Source: an uncultured Candidatus Saccharibacteria bacterium (lineage in GTDB: Bacteria; Patescibacteriota; Minisyncoccia; Phycocordibacterales; SBAW01). From it: a stretch of 64,000 bases of DNA. The notes under the pieces were generated by a model. The model saw only the letters and a program-made list of their open reading frames with translations, did no database searches and had not been told where the DNA came from. A program made the translations under genes and the position numbers. Shown here one piece after another: positions 26,155 to 34,477 of the stretch. The first letter of the stretch is position 1, and each line of letters opens with the position of its first letter. The DNA lies in assembly GCA_964566795.1 (NCBI GenBank), contig CAZMIU010000001.1, positions 214,789-278,788 on the forward strand, in the 5' to 3' direction.

Positions 26155-26215
26155 ATGGGTATTGTAGCAAAATAAAAAAACCACCCCGGGACGCCGGGGC
26201 AGTTGCAGTTTCTTG

Positions 26216-26599
26216 CTAGATCCAACGCGGCTGGATAGTGGTTCTACCTACCATTTCTTCCATCTGCACATACGCCTCGCGCGAAAACGCGTTGACCCGC
26301 CGCCCTTTTAACAGGACCTCCGCAGTAAGCTGACCGCGGGCCTCGTGCTCCATCATGTCGTGCAGGCTCAAGTGATGAACATCCATGGGCTCGCCGACCG
26401 GAGTACCGTGGTCGCCGTCTACAAAGTAAAACTGCATGGGTTTGTTTTCCCAATGCCTGCGCAGCCAATACTCGATGCGGCAGAACACACGCACCACCCT
26501 GCTTTTTGGATGCGACTTGGCGATAAGGTCGACTTCTTTAGAGAACTTTTCTAGGTGGCTCACAATCTCCTCCTCATGGGTATCTGCACCTGGGCACAA
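26216..26599 (-). CDS. Hypothetical cytoplasmic protein
   Basis: 127-aa ORF with a terminator-like hairpin just downstream (26186..26214). No motif recognised. Confidence 0.4.
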   Translation of the reverse strand: MCPGADTHEEEIVSHLEKFSKEVDLIAKSHPKSRVVRVFCRIEYWLRRHWENKPMQFYFVDGDHGTPVGEPMDVHHLSLHDMMEHEARGQLTAEVLLKGRRVNAFSREAYVQMEEMVGRTTIQPRWI

Positions 26600-26628
26600 A
26601 ATACCCTAGCCCTGCCTAAAAGTCGAGG

Positions 26629-26817
26629 TTACTTGCCCGAGCGGCCTGCGCGGTAGCCAAGCGTAAACACTGTGTACATACCCGCAAAGATAATAGCCGC
26701 CCACACCGCCACAATGAGGAGATTGGGCCCCTCCGGGTCGTTGATAAGCATAAACGAGAGCCTCGAGAGGATAACAGACGCGATGCCCAGCCCGATTAAT
26801 ATGGTCTTTTTTGACAT
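26629..26817 (-). CDS. Small two-TM membrane protein
   Basis: 62-aa hydrophobic ORF. Confidence 0.35.
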   Translation of the reverse strand: MSKKTILIGLGIASVILSRLSFMLINDPEGPNLLIVAVWAAIIFAGMYTVFTLGYRAGRSGK

Positions 26818-26856
26818 ATGCTCTATAACCCGAAGTATACCCGCAAGGTTCTCTAC

Positions 26857-27492
26857 TCAAAGCAAAGCCGTATAGGAGAGAGAGGCAAGGACCAGATAGG
26901 TAAAGATGGTGGTTACCTTAGATGATGAGAAGAACTTAAACGCGGTGCCCAGCGAGCGCCGGGGAGTGAACGGGTTACCGCCCAGCATATTTTCAGAATG
27001 TATCTCGTCCAGCGCCAGGTGGCTCAAAAATCCTGCCCCTACCGCCGCGGCAAACACCATAGAGAGTGTCTCGCCCTGCTCCAGATGCTTGGCGACAAGA
27101 AACACACTCAAGGAGACGATGCCCATAGCGGGTATCGAGTGCATCATCCCCCTATGCTCGGTAAAGTTTTTAAATATCGCTCCCGCGATAAACCACACAG
27201 CAAAGACCGTTGCGACCGGTGCTCCAATGAGCATGTAGAGCGTCTGGGGCGGGTGCGCAAGCAGGTAGTAGAGCACCACCCCGCCGCACGCGAGTGTAAA
27301 GGTGCCAAAAATAAGGTAAAACGGCGTGCCTGTGTCGTGGTCGAGGTCGGGCAAGAATGAGCCCATAATACTCACAACAAATAAGATACTAAGAAGGAGC
27401 GGGTCTGTCACAATTGCATAAAAGTAGAGCAGTACGACCCCCACCGCGGCGACAATCGCGCCCACGGTTATATGGTCCTTAAACATCGCCAT
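26857..27492 (-). CDS. Membrane-bound metal-dependent hydrolase (DUF457 / YdjM-like)
   Basis: Polytopic. GSFLPDLDHDTGTPFY and HLALDEIH motifs. Confidence 0.7.
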   Translation of the reverse strand: MAMFKDHITVGAIVAAVGVVLLYFYAIVTDPLLLSILFVVSIMGSFLPDLDHDTGTPFYLIFGTFTLACGGVVLYYLLAHPPQTLYMLIGAPVATVFAVWFIAGAIFKNFTEHRGMMHSIPAMGIVSLSVFLVAKHLEQGETLSMVFAAAVGAGFLSHLALDEIHSENMLGGNPFTPRRSLGTAFKFFSSSKVTTIFTYLVLASLSYTALL

Positions 27493-27513
27493 CCGGCTAT
27501 TTTACCCCTGTTT

Positions 27514-27661
27514 GCTGGGAGACTAGGGATCGGTCAGGAATAAATTATACGCCGTCGCGTAGAATTTTTCACGACCCTGCCTCGCTCCCAAGCGTGCTCG
27601 CTTGGGGCCCGCTCCGGCTTTCGATCCCTAGCCGTACGCAACCCCGTTGCGTACTTCTCCC
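27514..27661 (-). ncRNA. tRNA-Gln-derived structured element: tRNA-Gln acceptor ends and 3' T-arm flank a ~125-nt non-tRNA core
   Basis: The 19-nt direct repeat gctgggagactagggatcg appears at 27513-27531 and 27682-27700. The minus-strand read begins tgggaga and ends cgatccctag-tctccca-g, as tRNA-Gln does. It has an 8-bp hairpin gtacgcaa/ttgcgtac and a 10-bp long-range stem ctagggatcg/cgatccctag. It sits between the tRNA-Gln and the hydrolase gene. Confidence 0.4.
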
Positions 27662-27682
27662 ATCTTCATTACTTCGTATTCA

Positions 27683-27753
27683 GCTGGGAGACTAGGGATC
27701 GAACCTAGATTCACGGCTTCAAAGGCCGCTGTCCTACCATTAGACGATCTCCC
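27683..27753 (-). tRNA. tRNA-Gln (anticodon TTG)
   Basis: Cloverleaf tgggaga/tctccca acceptor, anticodon loop ctTTGaa, T-arm ctagg-ttcgatc-cctag. CCA is not encoded. Confidence 0.85.
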
Positions 27754-27860
27754 AATAAGGCCATACTATCAAATCCCCACCCACATTACAAAACAAATTT
27801 AACACCCCGACAAACTTGAGAATGTCAGGATGCTGTAATGGGTAACTTTTTAAAAAAGTC

Positions 27861-28187
27861 TTGGTTTTAATGAGCATGACTACCAACCCGTTTTTGAACG
27901 CCCTTGCGGCTTTTGGCTATATTGTCGCCGTCGTGCTCGCCATATTTTATGCCGGACCGCTTCTTGGCGGGCCCAACGGCGAAGACACCATCTTTATCCC
28001 CATGGCCATGCTTAGCCTGTTTGTATTCTCTGCGGCAACCATGAGCTATATCGTGCTCTACCAGCCCCTGGTACTGTTTCTTGAAAATAAAAAACCGGAG
28101 GCGGCGAACCTCTTCCTTAAAACCATAGGTACTCTGGGCGTCTTTATGGTAGCCCTCTTTGTGCTCCAGCTTGTCTTTGCCCGTTAA
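27861..28187 (+). CDS. Small three-TM membrane protein
   Basis: 108-aa hydrophobic ORF followed by a strong terminator. Confidence 0.5.
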   Translation: MVLMSMTTNPFLNALAAFGYIVAVVLAIFYAGPLLGGPNGEDTIFIPMAMLSLFVFSAATMSYIVLYQPLVLFLENKKPEAANLFLKTIGTLGVFMVALFVLQLVFAR

Positions 28188-28190
28188 AGA

Positions 28191-28223
28191 AAAAGCCCCG
28201 CAGGTTGCTGCGGGGCTTTTTTC
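28191..28223. terminator. Rho-independent (bidirectional) terminator
   Basis: aaaaagccccgcaggttgctgcggggctttttt. Confidence 0.6.
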
Positions 28224-28227
28224 GTAA

Positions 28228-28749
28228 TCAGAACGTATATGCAACAGGTTTGTTGCGGTCTGCCAAAAGGTCGTTGTGCCTGAATATAAACGCCCGGACA
28301 CTTCGCGCGCGCCTGGCGGTCTCCAGAAGTTCGTGCAGTTCATCCTGTTGGACAAACCGCAGGGGTCCCATCGTGTCGTCCTCGATGGCGACAGGAGCCC
28401 CGCGCTGTATGGTCACCTCGAGCGCACTTAAAGCAAGCTCGACGAGTTTCTTCCGGACATCAAGCGTCTGTGCCGCAAGCCGCTTTCTGCGCCACTCAAT
28501 GAACCAGCGGCGCCAAAAAGGCTTCTGCTCGTGTCCAGAGGCTATCCAGCGAAAGAAAGCCTCCCTGCGCATGCGCAACACCTGCATGTAGCGCACATGG
28601 CTCGTAAGCGCGGCATGGATGTCGTATATCCGCACCACCAGCACGATCCGCTTGCCGTCGAGTGCCCGCGAATAGGCCTCATGTGCAATCTGCGAAAAGC
28701 TTTGCGTCTTAACCAGCACAAACTCAAGCTGTGCAATATTGTCGGGCAT
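28228..28749 (-). CDS. Hypothetical protein immediately downstream of dnaX (not YbaB-like)
   Basis: ORF 28228..28779 trimmed to the internal Met (MPDNIAQLEF…). No recognisable motif. Confidence 0.4.
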   Translation of the reverse strand: MPDNIAQLEFVLVKTQSFSQIAHEAYSRALDGKRIVLVVRIYDIHAALTSHVRYMQVLRMRREAFFRWIASGHEQKPFWRRWFIEWRRKRLAAQTLDVRKKLVELALSALEVTIQRGAPVAIEDDTMGPLRFVQQDELHELLETARRARSVRAFIFRHNDLLADRNKPVAYTF

Positions 28750-28782
28750 GTGCCCCTCCCTCGTTCCGGTCCATGGCACACC

Positions 28783-29838
28783 TTACGACAGCGTACGGTA
28801 GAGCGCAAGCTCCAGCGGGATCTGCGGCATGGGGCTGCGGGAAGTTTCCAAGAGGGCTGTGATGAGCTCTGTGAGCAGGTTTGAATTTATGGCAGCGCCG
28901 TCTTTGCCCGAGAGTTCCTTAAGCAAGGCAACGTCGTCTGCGCCAAACTGCCCCGAGAGTCCGCTCTCGGTCTTCGGAGCAAAGCGCAGCAAGAGCACAG
29001 CCCGCACTTTGGCGAGCGCGAGCAATATAAATGTCTTGGCGTCTGCTCCGCTCTCAAGCGCTGTGTGGAATGTCGAGATGGCTGTGTCCATATCTTTGGC
29101 AGAAAGCGCACGCAAAAAGGTATTGACTGTCTGCGCAGCCGGCGCGCCCACGACACGCGCCACCTCCTCCTCTGTCAGCTTCTCGTCACTGCTTATAGTG
29201 AGCACCTTTTGCAAAATACCCAGCGTATCGCGAAACGCCCCCTCGCCCATCAATGCCACAAGCTCTGCGGCGGCGGGCGTCATAGAGGCACCCTCTTTCT
29301 TAACCACATCGAGTACCAGGGCTTTAAGCACTTCGTGGCTTGGTTTTTTAAAGCTAAACACCTGGCAGCGCGAGATGATGGTCTCGGGCACCCTGTCGAG
29401 CTCGGTGGTGGCGAGCACAAACACGGCATGCGCCGGCGGCTCCTCGAGCGTCTTTAAGAAGGCACCCCAGGCGTCTTTGGTGAGCGCGTGGGCCTCGTCA
29501 ATAATGTAGAACTTGTAGGTTGAAGCAAACGGCAACGTGGAGACCCCCTCGCGCAGTGCGCGTATCTCCTCGATGCCGCGGTTTGATGCGGCATCCATTT
29601 CATAGATATCCTGCGGGTCGGTCTCAAGCGCGTTTGCCAAAATGCGCGCCATACTAGTCTTGCCGGTGCCGCGCCCGCCCGCAAAGAGATACGCATGCGC
29701 GAGCTTGCCGCTTTTGACAGCGGCCTCGAGCACGCTCACCACGTGCTCCTGCCCGCGCACCTCCTTAAAGGTCTGCGGCCGGTACGCCCGGTAGAGGCTC
29801 ACCGGAGCGCGCTCCTGAGATTCTGCCTTCTTAGCCAT
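28783..29838 (-). CDS. dnaX: DNA polymerase III gamma/tau subunit (short form, 351 aa)
   Basis: GGRGTGKTSMARILA Walker A. IIDEAH. SRC motif (ISRCQVF). Confidence 0.85.
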   Translation of the reverse strand: MAKKAESQERAPVSLYRAYRPQTFKEVRGQEHVVSVLEAAVKSGKLAHAYLFAGGRGTGKTSMARILANALETDPQDIYEMDAASNRGIEEIRALREGVSTLPFASTYKFYIIDEAHALTKDAWGAFLKTLEEPPAHAVFVLATTELDRVPETIISRCQVFSFKKPSHEVLKALVLDVVKKEGASMTPAAAELVALMGEGAFRDTLGILQKVLTISSDEKLTEEEVARVVGAPAAQTVNTFLRALSAKDMDTAISTFHTALESGADAKTFILLALAKVRAVLLLRFAPKTESGLSGQFGADDVALLKELSGKDGAAINSNLLTELITALLETSRSPMPQIPLELALYRTLS

Positions 29839-29862
29839 CCTGCCCAGTATACCCTTGTGTAC

Positions 29863-30069
29863 TTATTTGCGCTTGATGACGCGCTTGGCGGTGCGGGTTA
29901 CGGCTTTGGTGGCGCGGGACGCCGCCTTGGTCGCAGGGCTTGCCTTGGTACGGGCCTTTTTAACATGGGCCCACGACTCCTTAAACCCCTTAGCCGCCTC
30001 GCCCAGCTCCTCAACTGCATCTGCGGCCGACTGCACCACCTTCTCTATGGTTCCTTTTTTTGTAGCCAT
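29863..30069 (-). CDS. Small basic Lys/Ala-rich protein (histone H1/Hc1-like tail); putative nucleoid-associated protein
   Basis: MATKKGTIEKVVQSAADAVEELGEAAKGFKESWAHVKKARTKASPATKAASRATKAVTRTAKRVIKRK has an acidic helix followed by a KA-rich basic tail. Confidence 0.45.
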   Translation of the reverse strand: MATKKGTIEKVVQSAADAVEELGEAAKGFKESWAHVKKARTKASPATKAASRATKAVTRTAKRVIKRK

Positions 30070-30071
30070 GC

Positions 30072-31070
30072 TTACAGCATGTCAGGATGTGCCTTAAGCC
30101 AGGATGAAATTGTCTCCTCCACCTCTTGTGCGTTTGTTGTCTCCATAAGTTCTGCGCGCAGCTCGCGGGCGCCGTCAAACCCCTCTACATAGGCCTTAAA
30201 GTGCTTTTTCATAATCGCAAAGCTCTTGATGTCGCCCAAAAGCTCCTCAAACAGCTTCGTGTGCTCCACGGCAATCTGCAAACGCTGTTTAACTGTTTTT
30301 GCCTCATCCAAGTTGGCAAATAACCACGGCGTGCCAAAGATGCCGCGGCCAATCATGACCCCGTCGCAGCCTGTTTCTTTAACACGCGCGTGCGCCTCCT
30401 CCAGGTTTTTGACATCGCCGTTGCCGAGTATAACAGCGCTGCTCCCTACCTCGTTGCGGATCTCGACCGCGCGCTTGACCCTGTCCCAATGCGCATCCAC
30501 CTTGCTCATCTCTTTGCGTGTGCGGGCGTGGATGGTGACCGCCGCCGGGTTGGCTAAGAGAAGTTTCCGCAGCCACTCATCTAATATGTCTTTGTTGTAG
30601 CCAAGGCGGGTCTTAACACTCACGGGGATATTGGGGCACCCACGCTTGGCCGCGGCAATAACCTCCAGAGCAATATCGGGAGTGGTAATGAGTTTAGCGC
30701 CCGCCCCCTGCTTCTCAATAGACTTGTCCGGGCACCCCATGTTGATGTCTACACCGTCAAAGCCAAGGTCCTGCGCGAGCCTCGCGGCCTTCTCCATGGT
30801 CTCTGGGTTAGAGGTAAAGAGCTGGGCCACTATCGGCCTCTCTGCCTCGCTGTACACCAGGTCGCGCATCAGTTTTGCCTTGCCCTCGGGGGTCGCGAGT
30901 ATAAGGCCGTCGGCAGACACAAACTCTGTCCATGTTACATATGATGCCCCGCCCGGCACCTTGGAGTACTTGGCGATGAGTTTACGGAAGGCCGCGTCTG
31001 TTACATTGGCCAGAGGCGCAAGCGCCATCACCGGCCGCGGTATGTTGTCCCAGAAGTTTTTCACGGGCAC
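30072..31070 (-). CDS. dus: tRNA-dihydrouridine synthase
   Basis: LAPLANVTD. TIM-barrel Dus motifs (DINMGCP, catalytic Cys). Confidence 0.85.
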   Translation of the reverse strand: MPVKNFWDNIPRPVMALAPLANVTDAAFRKLIAKYSKVPGGASYVTWTEFVSADGLILATPEGKAKLMRDLVYSEAERPIVAQLFTSNPETMEKAARLAQDLGFDGVDINMGCPDKSIEKQGAGAKLITTPDIALEVIAAAKRGCPNIPVSVKTRLGYNKDILDEWLRKLLLANPAAVTIHARTRKEMSKVDAHWDRVKRAVEIRNEVGSSAVILGNGDVKNLEEAHARVKETGCDGVMIGRGIFGTPWLFANLDEAKTVKQRLQIAVEHTKLFEELLGDIKSFAIMKKHFKAYVEGFDGARELRAELMETTNAQEVEETISSWLKAHPDML

Positions 31071-31078
31071 ACTCTACA

Positions 31079-31876
31079 CTACTTTAGTTTGTAATACAGC
31101 TTGTCGCCAAAGCGCAGATCGAGATAAAGGAACTCCTCTAGTGCGTGCTCCAAAAACGGTCCGGCGGTAAGCGCCACAGAAAAGCGCTCAAACGTGTCAC
31201 CCGAGGCATCGCCGAGCGCAAACTTGAGCGTAAAGCCGTTATCAAACTCGGCCTCCACGTCGGCATGGTTGTCTATCGAGACAGTTTCAATCCTGCTGGT
31301 GGCAACCTTTTGCGAGAGTGCATCTACCAGGGAGAACAGTGCCTCAAACTGGTCGGCGTTCAGGTATTGGCGCGGGAGCTTGGCTCCTATTGTGGCACCA
31401 TGGTACTTAACAAAACTCTCTGTCTCCCCGGCCCGCGCGTACACCACGCCCTCTTGGTCCATTAAGTAGCAGTCGCTCCCCTGGCACCACAGGCTTTTTG
31501 GCTCGCGCTCTACAACCTCTACCTCGATAGTATGAAAGTCGCCCGCATGCACATCGGCCACCCTCAGCTCCGGGAAGCTTGATAAGAGCCCCTCGGCAAT
31601 TTTATCCTTGGGATATAAAAAGATATTGCGCCGCGGTATGACAAACAGATAGCGCCCCGCAATCTGGGACTCGACATAGTGCGTGATAGTCGTGGTGGCC
31701 AGCACAGAGACACCCGACACGGCAACCTGGCGGATTTGGACAAACGGAATATAAGAGATGCCTACCAGTATGGCGCACAGTATAAACAGCGCCCCAACAC
31801 AGACTAGTGCCAAGCGCACGCGGCGCCTTTTGCGCCGCGCTCTCAGTTTAGATTGTGGTAGCTCGACCCGAGCCAT
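31079..31876 (-). CDS. ftsQ: FtsQ/DivIB-like cell-division protein (POTRA-type)
   Basis: ORF trimmed to MARVELPQS… (the longer ORF overlaps serS). Basic N-terminus, single TM, extracytoplasmic POTRA-like region. Confidence 0.55.
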   Translation of the reverse strand: MARVELPQSKLRARRKRRRVRLALVCVGALFILCAILVGISYIPFVQIRQVAVSGVSVLATTTITHYVESQIAGRYLFVIPRRNIFLYPKDKIAEGLLSSFPELRVADVHAGDFHTIEVEVVEREPKSLWCQGSDCYLMDQEGVVYARAGETESFVKYHGATIGAKLPRQYLNADQFEALFSLVDALSQKVATSRIETVSIDNHADVEAEFDNGFTLKFALGDASGDTFERFSVALTAGPFLEHALEEFLYLDLRFGDKLYYKLK

Positions 31877-31895
31877 GTACCCAGTATAAACGACG

Positions 31896-33188
31896 TTATA
31901 CCACCACCTTCTCAAGCTTGGTCTTGCCGCCCATATAAGGACGCAGAGCCTCTGGCACGCTAATCGAGCCATCCTCCTCTTGGTAGTTTTCCATAATAGC
32001 GATGAGCGTGCGACCGATGGCGTAGGCAGTGGCATCGTTCATATGTACAGGCTCCACAGTGCCGTCTGCGCGCTTCAGGCGCGAGTTGAGGCGGCGTGCC
32101 TGATACCCGCCCATGTAGTCAGAGGTCTGAGTTTCGCGATAGGTGTTCTGGCCGGGCATCCACGACTCGATATCAAACTGGCGCTGGTCCGGGCCGCCCA
32201 TGTCGCCGGTGCAGGCAATAATGACCTGATACGGGATCTTGAGACGCTGCATAAGCTCCTCCTGCACCGCCACAAACAGCTCTTGCTCCGCGTAGCCGTC
32301 TTCCGGTTTGGCAAACGACTCCATCTCGATTTTGTCGAACTGGTGCTGACGCAAGATACCGCGCGTGTCTTTGCCCGCCGCGCCAGCCTCGCGCCTAAAC
32401 GCAGTCGAGTATCCCACATAGCGTATGGGCAGGCGGTCCTCAGCGATAACCTCATCCATATGTAGCGGCCCCAGCGTGTGTTCGGCCGAGCCCACAAGCA
32501 CCGTGTCCTCATCAAATACGTAGCGCTCATCACGGGGCTCGAGCCGCGCCATGCGGTTCATCACCTGCGGGCGCATCATAACCGGCACCACAACCGGCAC
32601 AAACGGCTTGTCCGACAGGCTGAGGCCCGCCTTCTCAATTATCTTCTTTAACTCCTCGCGCGAGGTCAAAATAGACATGCACAGCTGAATAAGTGCAAAT
32701 TGCATCAGCGCGAGGTCACCCTTTAAAAATGTAAAGCGCGCGCCGGAAATTTCTGCGGCCTTTTCGTTGTCGATAAGCCCAAGCGCTTTACCCAAGTCCC
32801 AATGCGCCTTAGGTGCAAATGTAAACTGCGGCTTCTGCCCCCATTGCCGCACCACCTGGTTGCCGGACTCGTCAGGGCCCACGGGCGTGTCGGCCGAGGG
32901 AATGTTGGGAATCTGCACGAGCAGTGAGACAAGCTCCTTCTCTACCTCGGCATATTTTTCCTCAATAGCCCTGCCCTCTTCCTTAAGGCGCTTGCCTGCC
33001 TCGCCGTCGCGGGCGGCCTGTGCCTCGCCGCGTTTTCTGTTAACCTCGCTAATGTCGCCGGCGAGCTTTTTGCGCTCATCGGCCAGGGCAACAACGCGGT
33101 CGAGGTCAACGACCCCCTCCTTGTTTTTATTCTTCATCGCCGCACGGACGATGTCGGGGTTCTCCCGTATAAATTGCACATCAAGCAT
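31896..33188 (-). CDS. serS: Seryl-tRNA synthetase
   Basis: MLDVQFIRENPD start. Class II aaRS motifs. Confidence 0.9.
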   Translation of the reverse strand: MLDVQFIRENPDIVRAAMKNKNKEGVVDLDRVVALADERKKLAGDISEVNRKRGEAQAARDGEAGKRLKEEGRAIEEKYAEVEKELVSLLVQIPNIPSADTPVGPDESGNQVVRQWGQKPQFTFAPKAHWDLGKALGLIDNEKAAEISGARFTFLKGDLALMQFALIQLCMSILTSREELKKIIEKAGLSLSDKPFVPVVVPVMMRPQVMNRMARLEPRDERYVFDEDTVLVGSAEHTLGPLHMDEVIAEDRLPIRYVGYSTAFRREAGAAGKDTRGILRQHQFDKIEMESFAKPEDGYAEQELFVAVQEELMQRLKIPYQVIIACTGDMGGPDQRQFDIESWMPGQNTYRETQTSDYMGGYQARRLNSRLKRADGTVEPVHMNDATAYAIGRTLIAIMENYQEEDGSISVPEALRPYMGGKTKLEKVVV

Positions 33189-33211
33189 AGAGCGTGTAAA
33201 ACAATCGTACA

Positions 33212-34081
33212 ATGCAATTCCCTATCCGCCAACTGGCGCACAGCGAATACCCGCCGCTCCTCAAAGAGATCCCGGGCAAGGACTACCCGACTCATTTATA
33301 TATACGCGGGGCTCTGCCTGACCCCGGGGTCACCTACCTGTGCGTTGTCGGCTCGCGCGCCACGAGCGTGTATGGCCGCCGGGTTACCCAGAGCCTTATC
33401 GCCGGGCTTGCGGGGTATCCCGTGGCAATAGTCTCTGGCATGGCGCTTGGTATTGATGGCGAGGCGCACAAGGCCGCTCTCGATGTGGGGCTCCCAACCG
33501 TGGCAGTACTCCCCTCATCACTCGACGAGAAGAGCATGTACCCTAGCACCAACAAAGCGCTCGCGCAGCGCATACTCTCGCACGGTGGTGCACTGATAAG
33601 CGAGTACCTAGAGCCGCACAAGGCAGCCATACACGACTTCCCCAAGCGCAACCGTATCGCCGCAGGCATGTCTGTTGCCGCACTTATAATAGAGGCGGGA
33701 GAAAAGTCGGGCACGCTTATCACAGCCCGCCTCGCACTCGACTACAACCGCGAGGTGCTGGCAGTGCCGCACGAACTCGGTAAAGAAACTGGCGCCGGTG
33801 TAAACCGCCTCATCAGAGAGGGTGCCACGCTTGTGAGAAGTTCAAACGATATTTTAGAAGTCCTCGGATTTACACCAATTGAGAAGCCCACTCAGGGGAT
33901 ACTCCCCGCCGATTTAAACGAGACCGAGGCGGCAGTACTTGGGGTTATCAATGGACCAACAGAAAGAGACTCACTTATAGAGGAGGCGGGGCTCACTGCT
34001 CAAGAGGCCAATATCGCGCTCTCCTCGCTGCTCCTCAGAGGTCTTATAGTAGAGCGTCTGGGCAAGATTGAGCGGGCATAG
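33212..34081 (+). CDS. dprA: DNA processing protein DprA (Smf)
   Basis: Rossmann-like DprA domain (LCVVGSRATSVYG…GMALGIDGEAHKAAL) and a C-terminal winged helix. Confidence 0.85.
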   Translation: MQFPIRQLAHSEYPPLLKEIPGKDYPTHLYIRGALPDPGVTYLCVVGSRATSVYGRRVTQSLIAGLAGYPVAIVSGMALGIDGEAHKAALDVGLPTVAVLPSSLDEKSMYPSTNKALAQRILSHGGALISEYLEPHKAAIHDFPKRNRIAAGMSVAALIIEAGEKSGTLITARLALDYNREVLAVPHELGKETGAGVNRLIREGATLVRSSNDILEVLGFTPIEKPTQGILPADLNETEAAVLGVINGPTERDSLIEEAGLTAQEANIALSSLLLRGLIVERLGKIERA

Positions 34082-34139
34082 TTGACATGTCGCCTTTTGA
34101 GGCGTAGCGTATATAGTGGTACTGGAAAGGGGTGCACAC

Positions 34140-34331
34140 ATGAGCCTATACGTTTCTGACGAACACGGACTGGGGACTTTTGACATGGCGCTGGTGGTCT
34201 TGGCCACCATATCGATCGAGGAGTACCTCGAACGCAATCGAAAGATTGCGAAGCGCTTTTGCGATCGGCGTCAGCGTACAAGACCCCGCTTCAACGAATC
34301 TCGTTGGACACTGCCTCAGAAGGAGCGTTAG
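34140..34331 (+). CDS. Candidate stand-alone small protein gene (63 aa) between dprA and topA
   Basis: Upstream TTGACA (≈34083) and an AAAGGGG Shine-Dalgarno 6 nt before the ATG. Followed by a hairpin terminator. No similarity recognised. Confidence 0.3.
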   Translation: MSLYVSDEHGLGTFDMALVVLATISIEEYLERNRKIAKRFCDRRQRTRPRFNESRWTLPQKER

Positions 34332-34355
34332 CACTGTGTAGCAGTTGCGTTTGAG

Positions 34356-34392
34356 TAAGCCCCGCACGTTCTGTGCGGGGCTTTTCTTTCCT
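34356..34392 (+). terminator. Rho-independent terminator
   Basis: aagccccgcacgttctgtgcggggcttttctttcc. Confidence 0.5.
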
Positions 34393-34477
34393 CCACCGAT
34401 TTGACATATGGTACTGTAGTACGGTATCACTCTCTCTTGTGCGCGCACCGCGTTCAAAAGAGCCTCATTCATACTCA

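Noticed and set aside
27493-27682. The tRNA-Gln-like element as tmRNA, RNase P RNA or SRP RNA.
   Set aside because: At ~150 nt it is too short for tmRNA or RNase P. It lacks the SRP domain IV motif and has no GGGG-type tmRNA 5' end or tag ORF. It is kept as an unknown tRNA-derived element.
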